DNA of 64,000 bases from Nageia nagi (lineage: Eukaryota; Plantae; Pinophyta). The notes under the pieces were generated by a model. It had not been told where the DNA came from. It saw only the letters and a program-made list of their open reading frames with translations, and ran no database searches. Of the stretch, positions 36,452 to 48,763 are shown piece by piece (the stretch's first letter is position 1; each line of letters starts with the position of its first letter). Position numbers and translations under genes: made by a program. The stretch spans positions 163,928,001-163,992,000 of the forward strand of contig JBITNC010000001.1 of NCBI GenBank assembly GCA_050084985.1, read 5' to 3'.

Positions 36452-39351
36452 CTAGTCAACAAATATTTGTTGCAGATGGGTGACGATAGGGAGGTGACCA
36501 TCCAACTTCTCATGGAGGGTTGTTATTTGGGACTTCAGCTCCCGGATCTCAACACCTTCCTCGAGGAGGCTATATACTTGAGAAGATAACTTCTCAATGG
36601 TCTCCATCATCTCTTTCTTCAACTGGTCCTTCATCAACTCCCATCTTGTTTGGAATGAGGCTTGCTTCTTTAATTCTACGGGGGTGGTGCTAACAGTTTG
36701 GAACTCCTTGATGATTTTCTTGCAAGTCGTGAATTCCTTTTTGAGTCTTCTCACCTCCTACTTGGCCTGGTAGCCTTCTTGTTCCATGACAACAACATTC
36801 TGAGTAGCAATATGCTTCCTAGCTATCAGACCTAATTTAATAGGCATCTTGAATGTCTCTATTATATAGTCCTTGAGTCTCTGGGGATGTTTCCTCTTAG
36901 AGTAACAATGGCTGATGGAGATCTCCTTTCTTGAAGTAGAGATGGAAGTATCTACTCTTCTAACTTTCTCATCATTGGAGAGCTCTTCTTCATCCTCAAA
37001 CCTCAAGTCCTGATCAATCTCTTCATCATGAGTTGTGCTCATGCTTAGGGCTCTTAGGTAGGCATCTAAGTCAAGATCTGGGTGTTCGGTTGCTAGCTTG
37101 GGAGGGAGCCTCTACACCAGCACTCGACCTTTACTAATCTTCTTGACTTCCTTTGTTGGAGTGGCTTGAACAAGGGGAACCTCCTTGGTGTTCATCCTGC
37201 TTCCTCTTCTTTTTCTGCTCCTAGGTCTCTCCTCCATCTTCTTCGTCTCCGCCATCACCACCTAATGATAGAACTTTCTTGCATGGTTGAGGTGATCTCT
37301 CATGGCTTGTCCTCTTCACAAAGGGCTTCTAAGAAGACAAGGGTGACCTCTCTCTATGTTTGGCAAGAGAGGGTTTGGAAGAACCCACCTCTTTGGCATA
37401 CTTCACTCCAACAATATGGACTTCTTCATCATAAGTCCCAACTTCTATGAACAGGTCATCATCATTATCCGGGAGAGTTTCAATCTTCATATCATTAGGT
37501 GTGAAAGCACCTACAACAACATTCTTTTGATCGGGGTGCTCATCATCATCATCATCTTCTTCCTCTTCACCATGGCTTTCTCCATCATTTTCCTGGCTCT
37601 CTGTCTTCTTCTTCCGAGCCTTCTTCAGTGCAGTCAGGTTCTTCATCACTTTCTTCATCGAAAGAAGTGAAGTGTTCGGAAGAATTAGAACTTGGTTGCA
37701 GTGGGGGAACTTTCTCTCTACATCCAGGAGGATGAGTGGGTCTCGGTGGAGTTTCTTCAACAGGGGAATCATTGGCACAGGCTTCCTCTAGCATACTCAA
37801 GGGAACATCATGGTAACCAACGTCTCCAAGATCAGCCACCACCTGCTGGCTTTTCTTCACTACATCAACTACCACACTGTGTTTACTAGGTCCTGTTGAG
37901 GCATGCTCTCTTGATGCTTCTCATCTTTAACAATGAGAAGCAAGGATGTCTTGAATTGTGGGGGTGCAACACTCATAGAAGGAGGGGTCTTGATTCTTAA
38001 CGGAACATCTTTGGGTCTTGCTTTTATAGTTCTAGGTCTCTAAGGTGCCTTCTCTATTTGAAGGGGGGCCTTATTTCTGCTCAAAAGAGCATCTATCCTA
38101 GCTATCTGCTCCTCATCTCGCACATTTCTATACTTCTCCACATTCCCTTAAGATTTGTGCTTGTAAACGATAGGTTTTTGGAATGCAGTATTGTAAAAAC
38201 GGATGATAACACCTCTAGGATCGTAGTTTCTAGCTACTGTCTCCTTGAAGAAGATGTATTGCTGCAACTCCTTCTTCATGCTATTAGCCTCAACCCATGT
38301 TTGGCAAACATAACTTGCAATGGAAATGGGCAAGTTAATGGTTTCTTCCTTCTTTCTCCACACTCATTCCTTCAAAAACAACAACTGTTTGGCAAACTCC
38401 ATGAGAATCATTATATCACTAGCGTATCTGGGCAGGAGTAGGGGTTGTTCTTCAGAGCCATAGACCCTAATATATGTATGATCAGTATACTGTAGGTAGA
38501 AGTTTGCATGTACACTGATGGCTTGAACAACAGCATCAAAGATCCTCTTGACTACTGACTTTCCTTTGATTTCTTTATAAATGGCATACTCCCACTGGTT
38601 GTTTCTCTCATAGAAATGCCTAAATTTGTAATGGTACCACCACTTTGTGTAAATTTGCCACACCGAGATGCATATCTTTCGTCTGCATGCTCCCTTGATT
38701 TGAATTTGCCGAGCAACAACAGGTACACAAGATAAGAGTTCATATAGGATCTCCTAGAAGAGCCAAAGTAGGCCAGCTGGTGGCACAAGGCATCATTGAT
38801 TACCTTGCTCCATTGGATAGCTCTCCTTGAGCTTATCATGGCAATGAATCTAGTGAACTCTTTCCTGTACTTGGAGTCATGTTTGTGACATGTGACTCTG
38901 GACAACAAAGTGATCAACTTAGCGATCGTGGATGCCCTGGTAGTCTTCACACAACCATCTTTTGATATAATCCCTAGGCTCGGCAGTGGAGTCATGGAAT
39001 TCTTCTGAATGGGCCAGTGTATAATCTCCATATCTACTCCAACCAAAGGGGGCTTCGATCCCTTTCGAAGAGAAATCCATGATCACGTTCCCTTCGGTGT
39101 CCAAGAGAACTCTTTTGTCATATTTGTAGCATGTGGAAACTTCATAACATAAATCAGGAAATGAAACAACAAAAGACATTGTAGTGGCATTGAATAGCCC
39201 ACAAGAATGGATGATTTCCTCAATCTGTATCACCAACGAAAATGAATCTCCCCTTAAAATTTGGCTTCAGGTCATCTGTGACATGCCTTTCGAAAAGTGG
39301 CCCCTGAATATTCCTGGCCTTGGATAGGGGAGGCCTTACCTTAGAAGTCAT
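36452..39351 (-). pseudogene. Frameshifted retrotransposon 'additional ORF' of unknown function (globular N-part, acidic low-complexity middle, coiled-coil C-terminus)
   Basis: Consecutive minus-strand ORF fragments 38919-39236, 38552-39046, 38364-38663, 38148-38363, 37329-37875, 36758-37042 and 36452-36754. The ATG at 39351 follows TTTTCAG|ATTTGAAG. Confidence 0.7.
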
Positions 39352-39624
39352 CTTCAAATCTGAAAAATGTGCAAAAAATCACAGATAAGCCGTAATTCTG
39401 GTTGGAAATGCCTCAAAAGTGCCAAATTGGATGTGTGTAGAAGAAAATGGCCAAATGTGCAGGTCTAGGCTACAAAATGTCCTTCAAAAATGAACTGGGA
39501 TAGACTTCTTATAGAAGCTGGATGGAGGGTTTATGCATGGTGCATTGCATGAGTGCCACTTGTCTTCTCAGTCTTTCAACTCCTGGCTTCCTCAATACTT
39601 AGACAATTTTAGCTCATAGACCCC

Positions 39625-41455
39625 AGGGTGCACGGATTTGGGTATGTGCTTTTTCACTACCTGAAAAATATGCGATTGGTCTCTGGATAATCAAACACAT
39701 CACTTAGTCAAATCTAGGGCAACAATATTCCACTTGAAAGGCCAGATCACCACTTCATGCTAGATCGCATAGATTAAGGTATGTGCTTTTTCATGTCCGG
39801 CAAAGCATGCACCTCAAATTTTCATGCACAAATAAAAGGAAAATGAAGTGCACCTGATAATCATGTAAGCCAAATTCTTGGATCTGGACTTGGACGCACC
39901 GTTTTGGATGAGTCCTTTAAGCACTAGTGAGAAAACATGCGTTTAGGTCAATTTAGGGCAAGACTTATAAGAGAAATGCAAAGTGAATTACAAAAAAGAA
40001 CCCTAAGGTCTAGCTCACCCCCTTGGAAAAATTGCTATTGGCAGTGCAAACACCTCCTCAAACCCTTATTTCTCCTGGGTGCACCAATTTAGACGAGTCC
40101 TTAAGTATGTCCCGAAAATGGTGCGACTGGGAAACTTAGTCTAAAATGAAATGAAGCTGTAAAATGATACAAGTGGTGACTTCATATATATAACCTGCAA
40201 CTGTGCCACATGTCACCTCTTGGTTGGTTCAAAATGAGGTCAAATAACGGAGCCAGGATGGTGGGTGCACGTTTTAGAGTACATGCAAAAGCATGTCCTA
40301 GAATACATGCGCCAGCCAACTTAGTGCATCAAGAGGACTTAGTCAAATTTCATTCACCTTAAAAACCCTTACAACTTGGTCACACCCTTTTGGAAGGGTG
40401 CAAAAGCATGTCCCAAAATCCTTGCGCCTATCAAAGTAGGCACCTCAAAAAATACTTAACCCAAAAATGCTCTAGAATTTTGGGTGCACCTTTTTAGAAG
40501 AGTGAAAAATCATGTACTAGAAAACATGCGCCTAGGCCCCTTTATAAGATTCTACGCTTAGTCAACAAAATGCCCTTAGGCCAGGACGTGTGGAAGCTGG
40601 CGCACTGATTTGAGTGAGTGCCTAAGCATGCTTCAAAAACCATACGCATAGTCTCGTGGCACACTCTTCAATGCAATGAATTAAAAATTAATGAAAATGA
40701 CTCTGAAAATCACCATCCAAAATAGGGCGCACCGTTTGAGGGACGTGCTTTTCTGGACTTAGCACAACACAATGCTCCGAAATCCACTAAACAAATTGAA
40801 TGCTGAAGCTGACTTTCCTTTTATAGACTTGCTCAAGTGGACAGGTGTCATGCAACGATTGGCGTGAGTGAAGGTCCAATGCATGTGAACACACTTGTCT
40901 TCCTCATAGTGAACGTCCAGAATCCCACACTTAGCCAAACTTTCACACCTGAAGGAGGGTGCAATGATTTGGGTACATGCAAAAGCATGTCCTCGAAATC
41001 ATGCACTCGGCCAGTTTCACATATTCTCTTCAAAACTGGGTAAGTGTTGAAAGTACTCCATCTACTAGGGTGCACTGATCTGGGTACGTGCAAAAAGCAT
41101 GTCCCTTAAACCATGCGCTCAGGCTGTTTTGACAATTTTCCTCCAAAATTTGCTAAGTGTCAAGGTACCTCATTCGCTAGGGCGTATTGATTTTGGTACA
41201 TGCAAAAGTATGTCCCTCAAAGCATGCGCTCAGGCATAAAACATGCTGATTTACTTGAAAATGACCAAAATGACCCTCAATAACATGGTGCAATGGACGG
41301 GATGCAATTCACATAATGACTAAGTGCAACATGGGCATGAATGATGTAGTTTGAAGCTGAAAATGCAAGACTTGACCGAAAACTATGCAATATGAAGGAG
41401 GGCACACCTTTTATGGTACATGCAAAAGCAGGTCCCCTAAAACATGTGCCATGGA
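39625..41455. repeat. Array of ~13 imperfect ~55-nt palindromes with variable spacers
   Basis: Consensus GGGYGCAC.....TTTGGGTACATGC-AAAA-GCATGTCCC.AAA.CATGCGC at ~39625, 39764, 39892, 40077, 40263, 40378, 40482, 40599, 40724, 40957, 41068, 41180 and 41400. Confidence 0.85.
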
Positions 41456-42789
41456 CAAAATGGCAAAATTTTGACTTGTTTGAATGTGAAGATGCAAATT
41501 TACCACGTCTACCCTTGCTAGGCCTACAATGCTTGCATTTCCTCAGAAAAATCTTTCATGCCTTTATGTTTTAGTAAAATGAGGGTCGTTAAAAATGCAA
41601 ACTGATGAAGGGTAAGTGCTAAAGAAGCTTAAGAGGAAACTAATGAAATTGTCTCCGCCCTTGTTTAAGGTATACAAGCTTAAATTTGATAGGTCCTCTA
41701 GAGGGAATGCTAGATTAGCATGAGTTGGTGATTTGATCATAGATCACCTTAGGTATTTGCAAACATCTTCATAGTGCATTGGAATAAGCACAATTATAGG
41801 GAAGCTAATCATGTAGCAACCACCATAGCCAATAATTTTCTCATCCTAGAGAATTTCAATCCATATTTGTTTGATCACATGAGGAGATCACATCCAGAAG
41901 GTTTCTAGAGAAGACCACATTGTGCTGTTACAATTCCAGCAAACAATATCAATTTCAGTTATTTCTCATTGAGACTTGGGAGCGCCTTCATTTAGTTTGT
42001 TAAGGGCATGTCCACCACGAAGGGGGAGAATCGTGGATCATTGCTCTTAGCTCTACAATTCTGGATTGCCGCCCGTTGATTCTCTTTCTTTGCAGCCACA
42101 ACTAAGGCACATGTTTTGTGAAGCTCTTCTATTTTAAGTTTTGTGAGTTCTTCATCCAAATAATTTTTTTGGGAGAGAAAAAATAACTTCTTTTTAGCTC
42201 ACAAGGCTTGTAAATGTTCCTCTGCTGATTGGAAGTAGGTAATGTAAATATCATTAGGCTTAGTTCAAGCCTTTTTAGGAGAGACATCTTTTAGGTGTAA
42301 ATTATCATGTAGGAAAACTTGACCAGCATGCAAGGGATGATTCTTTTAAGGAGGCAATGAACTTGGAGATTAAGTTCCTTAGTATGGTGTACCCTCTCCT
42401 TAAATTTTGTCTGCACTACCATTTCAACCATAGGCGTGTCTTTTTCCCCTTTGACAATCTATACCCACAAATTCTGTTCCTCCTCGTGTTTCTGAAAGGA
42501 CTGTTGTTAAGCAATGGTTTTTTGTTTTTTGGTTAAGAGATAAGGTCATCTTTTTCTGCAATTGTTGTTGAAATAACAAAAAAGATCTCTAAAACGTGTT
42601 GCTATTTTCTCCAATTCAGTGGCCCTGCAGCATATTCTCTGTAGCTCTACTAGGGTGTCTTTGATATGCATGATCTAATGATTTTGGGGTTCTGAATCCT
42701 TTTGAAGCAGCGTGTATCCATGCTTGCACTGGTGGCAGAACCAGAATCACAGATTGGAATAGTCTTACAGATGTGAGCTGAGAGAAAAA

Positions 42790-42840
42790 TGGCCGGTATA
42801 ACAGTTTGGCCAGTATAACAGTTTGGCCGGTATAACAATC
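42790..42840. repeat. 17-bp tandem repeat x3 (TGGCCRGTATAACAGTT)
   Basis: Direct reading. Confidence 0.85.
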
Positions 42841-42844
42841 GACA

Positions 42845-43560
42845 TACCAGTTTAGGAATATGCTCTAGAATGCTATTGATTGCTTCTTCATTATCCTTTA
42901 TGTCTTTGGAGAAGAGAGTTTTAAAATTGTTAATAGCTGCATGCTGGATCTTATCTTCTTCATCAGTAGACATTTCCATTATCCAACAAAATCTCTTCAA
43001 TGCTGGAAATAATCTCGTGTTCCTATCTCCCTCCTTAAGCCAGTCATTTCTAGATTCCTGTTTCCAAAAAGTTTCCACCCTTGCTATTACATTATGAAAG
43101 TCTGATTGGATTTGACGTTGTTTACGAAAAAGAGCTGCATCCATACGTCTCTTGCTATTTTCCTCTTCTGTTTGAAGAAGTTCCTGTTTGAGCTTTTCCT
43201 TTTGTCTAAAGATATTCCCAAACACTTGTTTATTCCAAAATTTGATCTCCTTTCTAACATGCTTGAGTTTATGAGCCAGAATAAACATCTTGGAGCCTTG
43301 GATAGGATGGTTCCACCATCTTTCAACTTCCTCATAAATGTTAGGATGCTGCAACCACAAAAATTCGAATTCAAGTGGACTTCTTTTTTTAATTTCCAAA
43401 TTTATTCAAAACACCAGAGGGTTATGGTCTGATCCAAATCTTGGCAAGGTAGAAAGAGAGCGATCACAACTGCCATCAAACCACTCCATGGATATCCAAT
43501 GTAACTTGGATAAGATTAGCCCCCACTCTTCTATTAGTCCATGGGGCCAAATGTTTTAAT
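42845..43560 (-). mobile_element. L1 ORF2 fragment (endonuclease C-terminus and linker)
   Basis: LPRFGSDHNPL, FEFLWLQHP, KEIKFWNKQVFGNI, WLKEGDRNTRLF. Confidence 0.85.
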
Positions 43561-43738
43561 ATTATTGATTCGCTATTGGATAACATCAACTATATGTGTT
43601 CCTAACAAATGTTTTGGAACTACTTTTATAACAAATATGGTCTCTATAAGTGGCTAGTGAATCGTTTTGGTTTTAGTGCTTCAACAACATTCATGAAGCA
43701 AATTAATGATTTATTTTCACACATTTGGGGAAATTCAT

Positions 43739-44522
43739 TGTAGCTATTGGGATGTGTTAGCGGGAATGATATTTTCCTAGACTATCATTTGTGTATCATT
43801 GTTTCATCCCATTTGTGTCTCCTAGGCAATCTTAATCAATTCTTTTGGAATGTATTGCCTTTGTATATAGCATTCATCTAAGCTTGCCTTTGTGAACCAC
43901 CTATGGGTGTGCTTAGCAAAGGTGTTCTTAGAGACCATGGCTTATGACTTGTCTGTCTAGCTATCCTAGGATAATTAAGTTTAGTCTACATTAGAATATG
44001 TGCTTTGTGCTAATATCCTTGACCTGTGGCAAATTATAAAGGAATGAGAATTCTAAAGGGTATTTGTTGAAATGTAATGTAGTTCAGACTTGTTCATCTG
44101 TACCCATGAAGATGTTATGTAGGCCACTATCATGTATGGTACCATTTTATATTTTAAGTTATTACTTAGCCATGGTTGACATTAGAATGATCCTTATAAT
44201 TTGGGAATCTTGGTGGCTATATAAACATGCCCTTGTTCCCATATCATATCATGCATTCTATTATATTCATCTCATCAAAATCTTCTTCATTTTGGACTTT
44301 CATTCCTTATTTCAAGGACATGTCCATCTGTGTGGTGCTCTGTATTTCACATGGAAATTGGAGTGTTCTGTTTGAATTCTCTATGATATTGCAATGACTC
44401 ATGGAAATGCTTATAATAATGTATGCCTTGGTTGTGTCATTGCGATATTGTTAACTGTTTAAAAAGTTCGCAGTTAATTGATTCTAGGATTGTATGGAAA
44501 CTTTACACTTGGTATCAGAGCC
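43739..44522 (+). mobile_element. Truncated LTR element: LTR (~43739-44507) followed by a PBS
   Basis: TGTAG...TTTACA, then TGGTATCAGAGCC at 44510-44522, with CTATATAA at ~44217. The LTR start is uncertain. Confidence 0.6.
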
Positions 44523-45626
44523 ACATAATCCTCCTTCCTTAGACCTAGAGATTCCTTTCAACTCCTTTTCTGCTTCCTTCTTTAGCCTTCTTTGAAGCTA
44601 GAGGCATATCTTAAGCATGAAATCAACCGACTTGGATAAACATAAATTTATAACTGACCATCATAATCAAACCTAATTGGTATTTGTCTTTTATCATTTT
44701 TGGCACAACTTGGAGGGAATGCTTTTCGTCTAGATCTTCCTTTGTAACTTGGTTTATATGATGTGAATGTGATTCCACTAAAATCGTATATTCCACCCAA
44801 AGAAGACTTTGTATGTCTCATTCTGAGCACCATTCAGAGTTTCTAGTTTCTTTTTGATGAACATAGTCTCCTTGATTCTGTTCAAAAACTATAAGGTAGA
44901 AACCAACTAGTACATCGTGGGTTGCAACTTTTCTTTGCCAAGTCAAGCTAACTGAATGTCCTGGAAACATTTAAGTAAATACCATATAAATTGGTGTCAG
45001 TTTCCTCGAAGTGAAAAGAAATGATGAGAAATAGTTGCATGCACTAATTGTATATAATTGGATTCAATAGGTATATTATTTATATGTCCTTCACGTTTTT
45101 ATGCACTCAAGAAGCTTCTTTTTTGCTTCCAAGAAACTTCTAGGCATATGCAGTTTATCCTAGAGGCTTCCTACAGATCTTTCATACTCTATATATATTT
45201 ATAATACAGATGCATGTATAGCATATATAATTGAAACTATCCCTTTGTTTGCTGATTTTTATTATTTCTTGTAGAATGAGAAGAGCTTCTTTTTTGTGAA
45301 AAGTCAATACTTTATGCATTCTGGTTTTGAGACTCTGACTAAGTTTCTTTTCCAATTTTTGCCAACTACCTGATCAACTTTAGTTATTTGCATTGTCGAG
45401 CTTGACCTGAGTTTGAGGATGGCATCTGAGTTCTTGTATTGGTCGACTTTTTTTGAAATGATTTCTTGTGTTCTTTCAAATGATCATCTGAAGAATTTTT
45501 CTTTCTAAAGCGTAAATTACATGTTTGCTAAAAATTTCCTTTTAAGCACTATAATTATAGTTATCCATGAAATTTGTCTTTTTTTTTATTGGAAATGAAT
45601 TATAGTTTTTGAATGTGATATTGTAG

Positions 45627-46050
45627 GCTGGGGATTCTCCTTCCATGAAAAACAACTCACGTCAATGGCAAGGAAATATTATTGAGCAGGTAAAAGGAGA
45701 TCACAGAACAGGAGGAAGAAGACCACTTGAGCAAAGGTGTTCAGCAAAACCATTAAGGAAGCGAATTAGTTTTATAGAGCTTGAATCTAGGCAGCTCAAT
45801 ATTCTGTCTATAATAAGTAAGCTAGAGGAATTTGTGGCTAGTTATGATAATAATTGCACTGGATTGTCTGCTACGAACTGCCAATCTAATTGTCATAATG
45901 AAAAGGCCAACTCTTGTAAGGTGTTTTCAAGTAATGATGGAGGCAACCACAGTACCTGCAATTCTTCCTCAGCTTGTCAACCTCAAAATTATATGTCAGG
46001 TTTCTGTAACTCTAGGATCCAGGCATCAATAAGTCAAGATAAAAGTACTG
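45627..46050 (+). CDS. TYW2/3/4: TYW2/3/4 exon 3 (poorly conserved linker)
   Basis: Acceptor TTGTAG| in phase 0, open frame through ORF 45645, donor G|GTAAGC in phase 1. It bridges exon 2 (phase 0) to exon 4 (phase 1). Confidence 0.75.
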
Positions 46051-46435
46051 GTAAGCCAGCGGACTTGGTTGAAGCTGGATGTGTTACTTCTGTTTTTTCA
46101 GATGCAATCTGGCGATTCTAGTAGTTTAAAAACAAAGATGCTCCTGTTGTGTGCTCTGTAAAGCAGGGTTAATATGAATCTTGTAATTTGTCAATTTGGT
46201 TTTTGTTTTTAACTTCCGCTTGCATTGTGCTTTCAAATAAGGAATACTAAAGTTTCTCCAATGCACGATTTAATACCAATCTGTCAGATAAGGGATACTT
46301 TTGTCTTTGTTTCTTCTTTTTTATTCAGTCCAAGGACAATTTGCAATATAGTTTTCCACATTGTTATGGAGAGGCATTTCTAAATTTAGGATCTTGCAAG
46401 TGTTCTCAATTGACTTCACAACTACACACATACAG

Positions 46436-46835
46436 GGCTAGGTACATCTCCAGCGTGCAGTCTCAATTCTATCAAAATGAAAATTGTTGGTGAGCGTCTG
46501 GAGAAACTCTTTCGATGGGGTCACTCAAGTTGTGTTGCACATTTCATAAGTCCCAAGTCATTACTTATATTTGGTGGTTATGGAGGTCTTGGATGTCATT
46601 CACGAAAAAATGACACATTAGTGCTGGATGCTGAGAGTGGTTACTTGAAAACCCAAGACGTAAGAGATCCCCCATCTCCTAGAATGGGTCATACAGCTTC
46701 ATTGGTGGGACAGTGCATGTTTATAATTGGTGGGAGGGAGGACCCGACAAAAATCCTGAGTGATGTATGGTTTCTTGATATAGCAGAATTTAAATGGCAT
46801 ATGCTTGAATCCAGTTTTGAAGTTCTTCCTGCAAG
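46436..46835 (+). CDS. TYW2/3/4: TYW2/3/4 exon 4 (TYW4-type kelch repeats)
   Basis: Acceptor TACAG|. Encodes EKLFRWGHS..LIFGGYGG..PSPRMGHTA..IIGGREDP. Donor AG|GTAATT, phase 2. Confidence 0.92.
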
Positions 46836-47424
46836 GTAATTAATTAACTATATTCTGTTTATTATATGTTCCACATATCTTGTGTTGATTATCTTTGTTA
46901 ATGTTGTTCTTTATATCTGTTCAATATTGGATCATGTGGATTCTGGACACATACTATTTGGCCCAGTGTCATTTTAATAACTGTGGTGTACATTTAACTT
47001 TCTGTGCATGTTATGTAAAATCAAATAAGCAATACATAGCCTTATCAATCATTCTAAGTGTTTTGAGGAAGTTCCATACAATATCAACATTGACATTCAT
47101 TCTGTTGCAGCACTGGTTGGCTGTAATGGTGCACATTTCCATTTAACTTGCCTTTGGAGCAGTGTTGGTCCAACATGGTTGAAATGTTTTATTTTTGTTC
47201 TTTATATGTGGCTAATGTAATAAATTATTCATCAACATCAATGACTAGTCCACACTTTCAGAAAACCAAGCTGTAAATTTTATGCTCGAATTCCCTGTAC
47301 GAATGGTTCTTGTTTACTTTAAATTCAAGATTTTGAGTTTGAGAATTGCATGCTCTGGTATTTCTGGTGTGATTAGTCGTGAGCACATCAATATTTAAAT
47401 TTTGTTTTGTTTATATGTATGCAG

Positions 47425-48763
47425 GCATCGACATGCTTCTGCAGTAGTAGGTTCCTGTATATATGTTTTTTGGGGGTGTTTCTGATGCCACCATTTATGG
47501 GGACATGCATGTATTGCACACAGATATATTGCAGTGGAAACGAGTTGAAGCTAAGGGTGAACTCCCTTGTGCTCGACATTCTCATTCTTTGGCTGTAAGA
47601 GGAACAAAGATATATTTATATGGTGGATATGATGGCAATAGGATACTTGAGGATCTCCATAGCTATGATGTTGAAACATGTATCTGGAATGTGGTAGAAG
47701 CAACTGGGAGAACTCCCGGTCCAAAATTTTCTCATTCTCTGGTTGTTTTCAACAAGTTCCTGGCTGTAATTGGTGGTTGTCCTTTGGCAAATCAATTTCA
47801 ACAATTTGTTTTCTTGGATCTTGAGCTTCTTATTTGGAGGCATGTATCCATTACAGCAATAGGCGGATCTTTTGTGGTACGCAGTGCTGCCAATGTGGTT
47901 GGAGAGGAGTTGATTATTACAGGTGGAGGATCTTCTTGCTATGCTTTTGGAACAATGTTCAATGAGCCCTTTAAAATAAATGTTCACTCATTGATATTTT
48001 CAGATCAACAACATCAACTAAATCAACATGTAACTGACAAAACCACACAGCATGTTCAAAATTGTCAAACAAATGTCACAAATAAAAGTTATTCTGCTGT
48101 ACATTATGCTGGAATAGAGAAGAGAACGATCCCAGAAACAGATAAACCATTTTTTGTTTCTAAGAATGTCAATGCAAGTGAAAACAACCAAAATCCGAAT
48201 GATGAAAAACTTTTTGAAAAATCGATCTCACCAATAAAGAAGCCCCTTCTTCTCTCTAGAATTGCCAATACAATGGATAAAAGTGATGAAATGCAAAATG
48301 AAGGTGAAAGTCCACATTGTTACAGCTTCTGGATACTTAAAATCGACAAGATTTCTGGAAAGCTTGTGAAAGATGTATTGAAAAAACTAGGCTGGTTGGA
48401 TAAAAGCAGGAAAGCCAAGGTGATTGAGCAGGGTTCCCATATTTGTTTCCCTATCACTGAAGAAGCTGCTTTCTTCTTCCAGAAAAATAGCTCTAATTTT
48501 GGTGAGAAGATGGAATATCTTTCATCCATGAATGCAGGATATAGTTCAGAGGTGAAACTGGGAAAAGGGGTTTCTAAGAATGATGTTTCTGTTGTGCCAT
48601 TATTGAATGTCTTGATTTCTTGTCATGGGACTGTTGGTAAAGAGGACATTTGCAGGAGAAATAAAGAATTCAAAGGTCCTCAAGAATTGTTGCAACAAGC
48701 AATATATTCGTTAACCAAGCAAAAAGGGCTTTCAGCATCCATACTAAAAGAATTGCCGAGTCG
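47425..48763 (+). CDS. TYW2/3/4: TYW2/3/4 exon 5 (kelch repeats and start of the TYW2 region). It contains a +1-nt frameshift in the T6 run at 47466-47471.
   Basis: Acceptor TGCAG|. RHRHASAVVGSCIYVF is in one frame and GGVSD..ARHSHS..YGGY..VKDVLKKLGWLD..KELPSR is in the +1 frame. Length is 1339 = 3n+1 between two phase-2 introns. Confidence 0.88.

Larger units (their letters stand above)
35105..41730 (-). mobile_element. Relic of a large Gypsy-like (Athila/Tat-type) LTR element: LTR-like end, additional ORF and palindrome array. No gag-pol was seen.
   Basis: Minus-strand end ...AAAGCGGAAACA at 35105, extra ORF relic 36452-39351, and hairpin array 39625-41455. Boundaries are approximate. Confidence 0.55.

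Noticed and set aside
41650-41740. Possible integrase end or PPT bounding the Gypsy-like relic
   Set aside because: The similarity is too weak to assign, so the boundary is left approximate.
41745-41950. Small hAT (DUF659-like) fragment. Similar weak relics lie at ~31000-31450, ~32100-32540, ~49250-49700 and ~56220-57400.
   Set aside because: Too degenerate to delimit or classify without a database search.
44510-44522. tRNA gene suggested by TGGTATCAGAGCC
   Set aside because: This is only the primer-binding complement of the tRNA-iMet 3' end, with no cloverleaf.
47441-47451. Alternative acceptors rescuing the exon 5 frame
   Set aside because: AGs ending at 47444, 47447 and 47450 give the wrong phase for the phase-2 donor and would delete the RHRH kelch motif.
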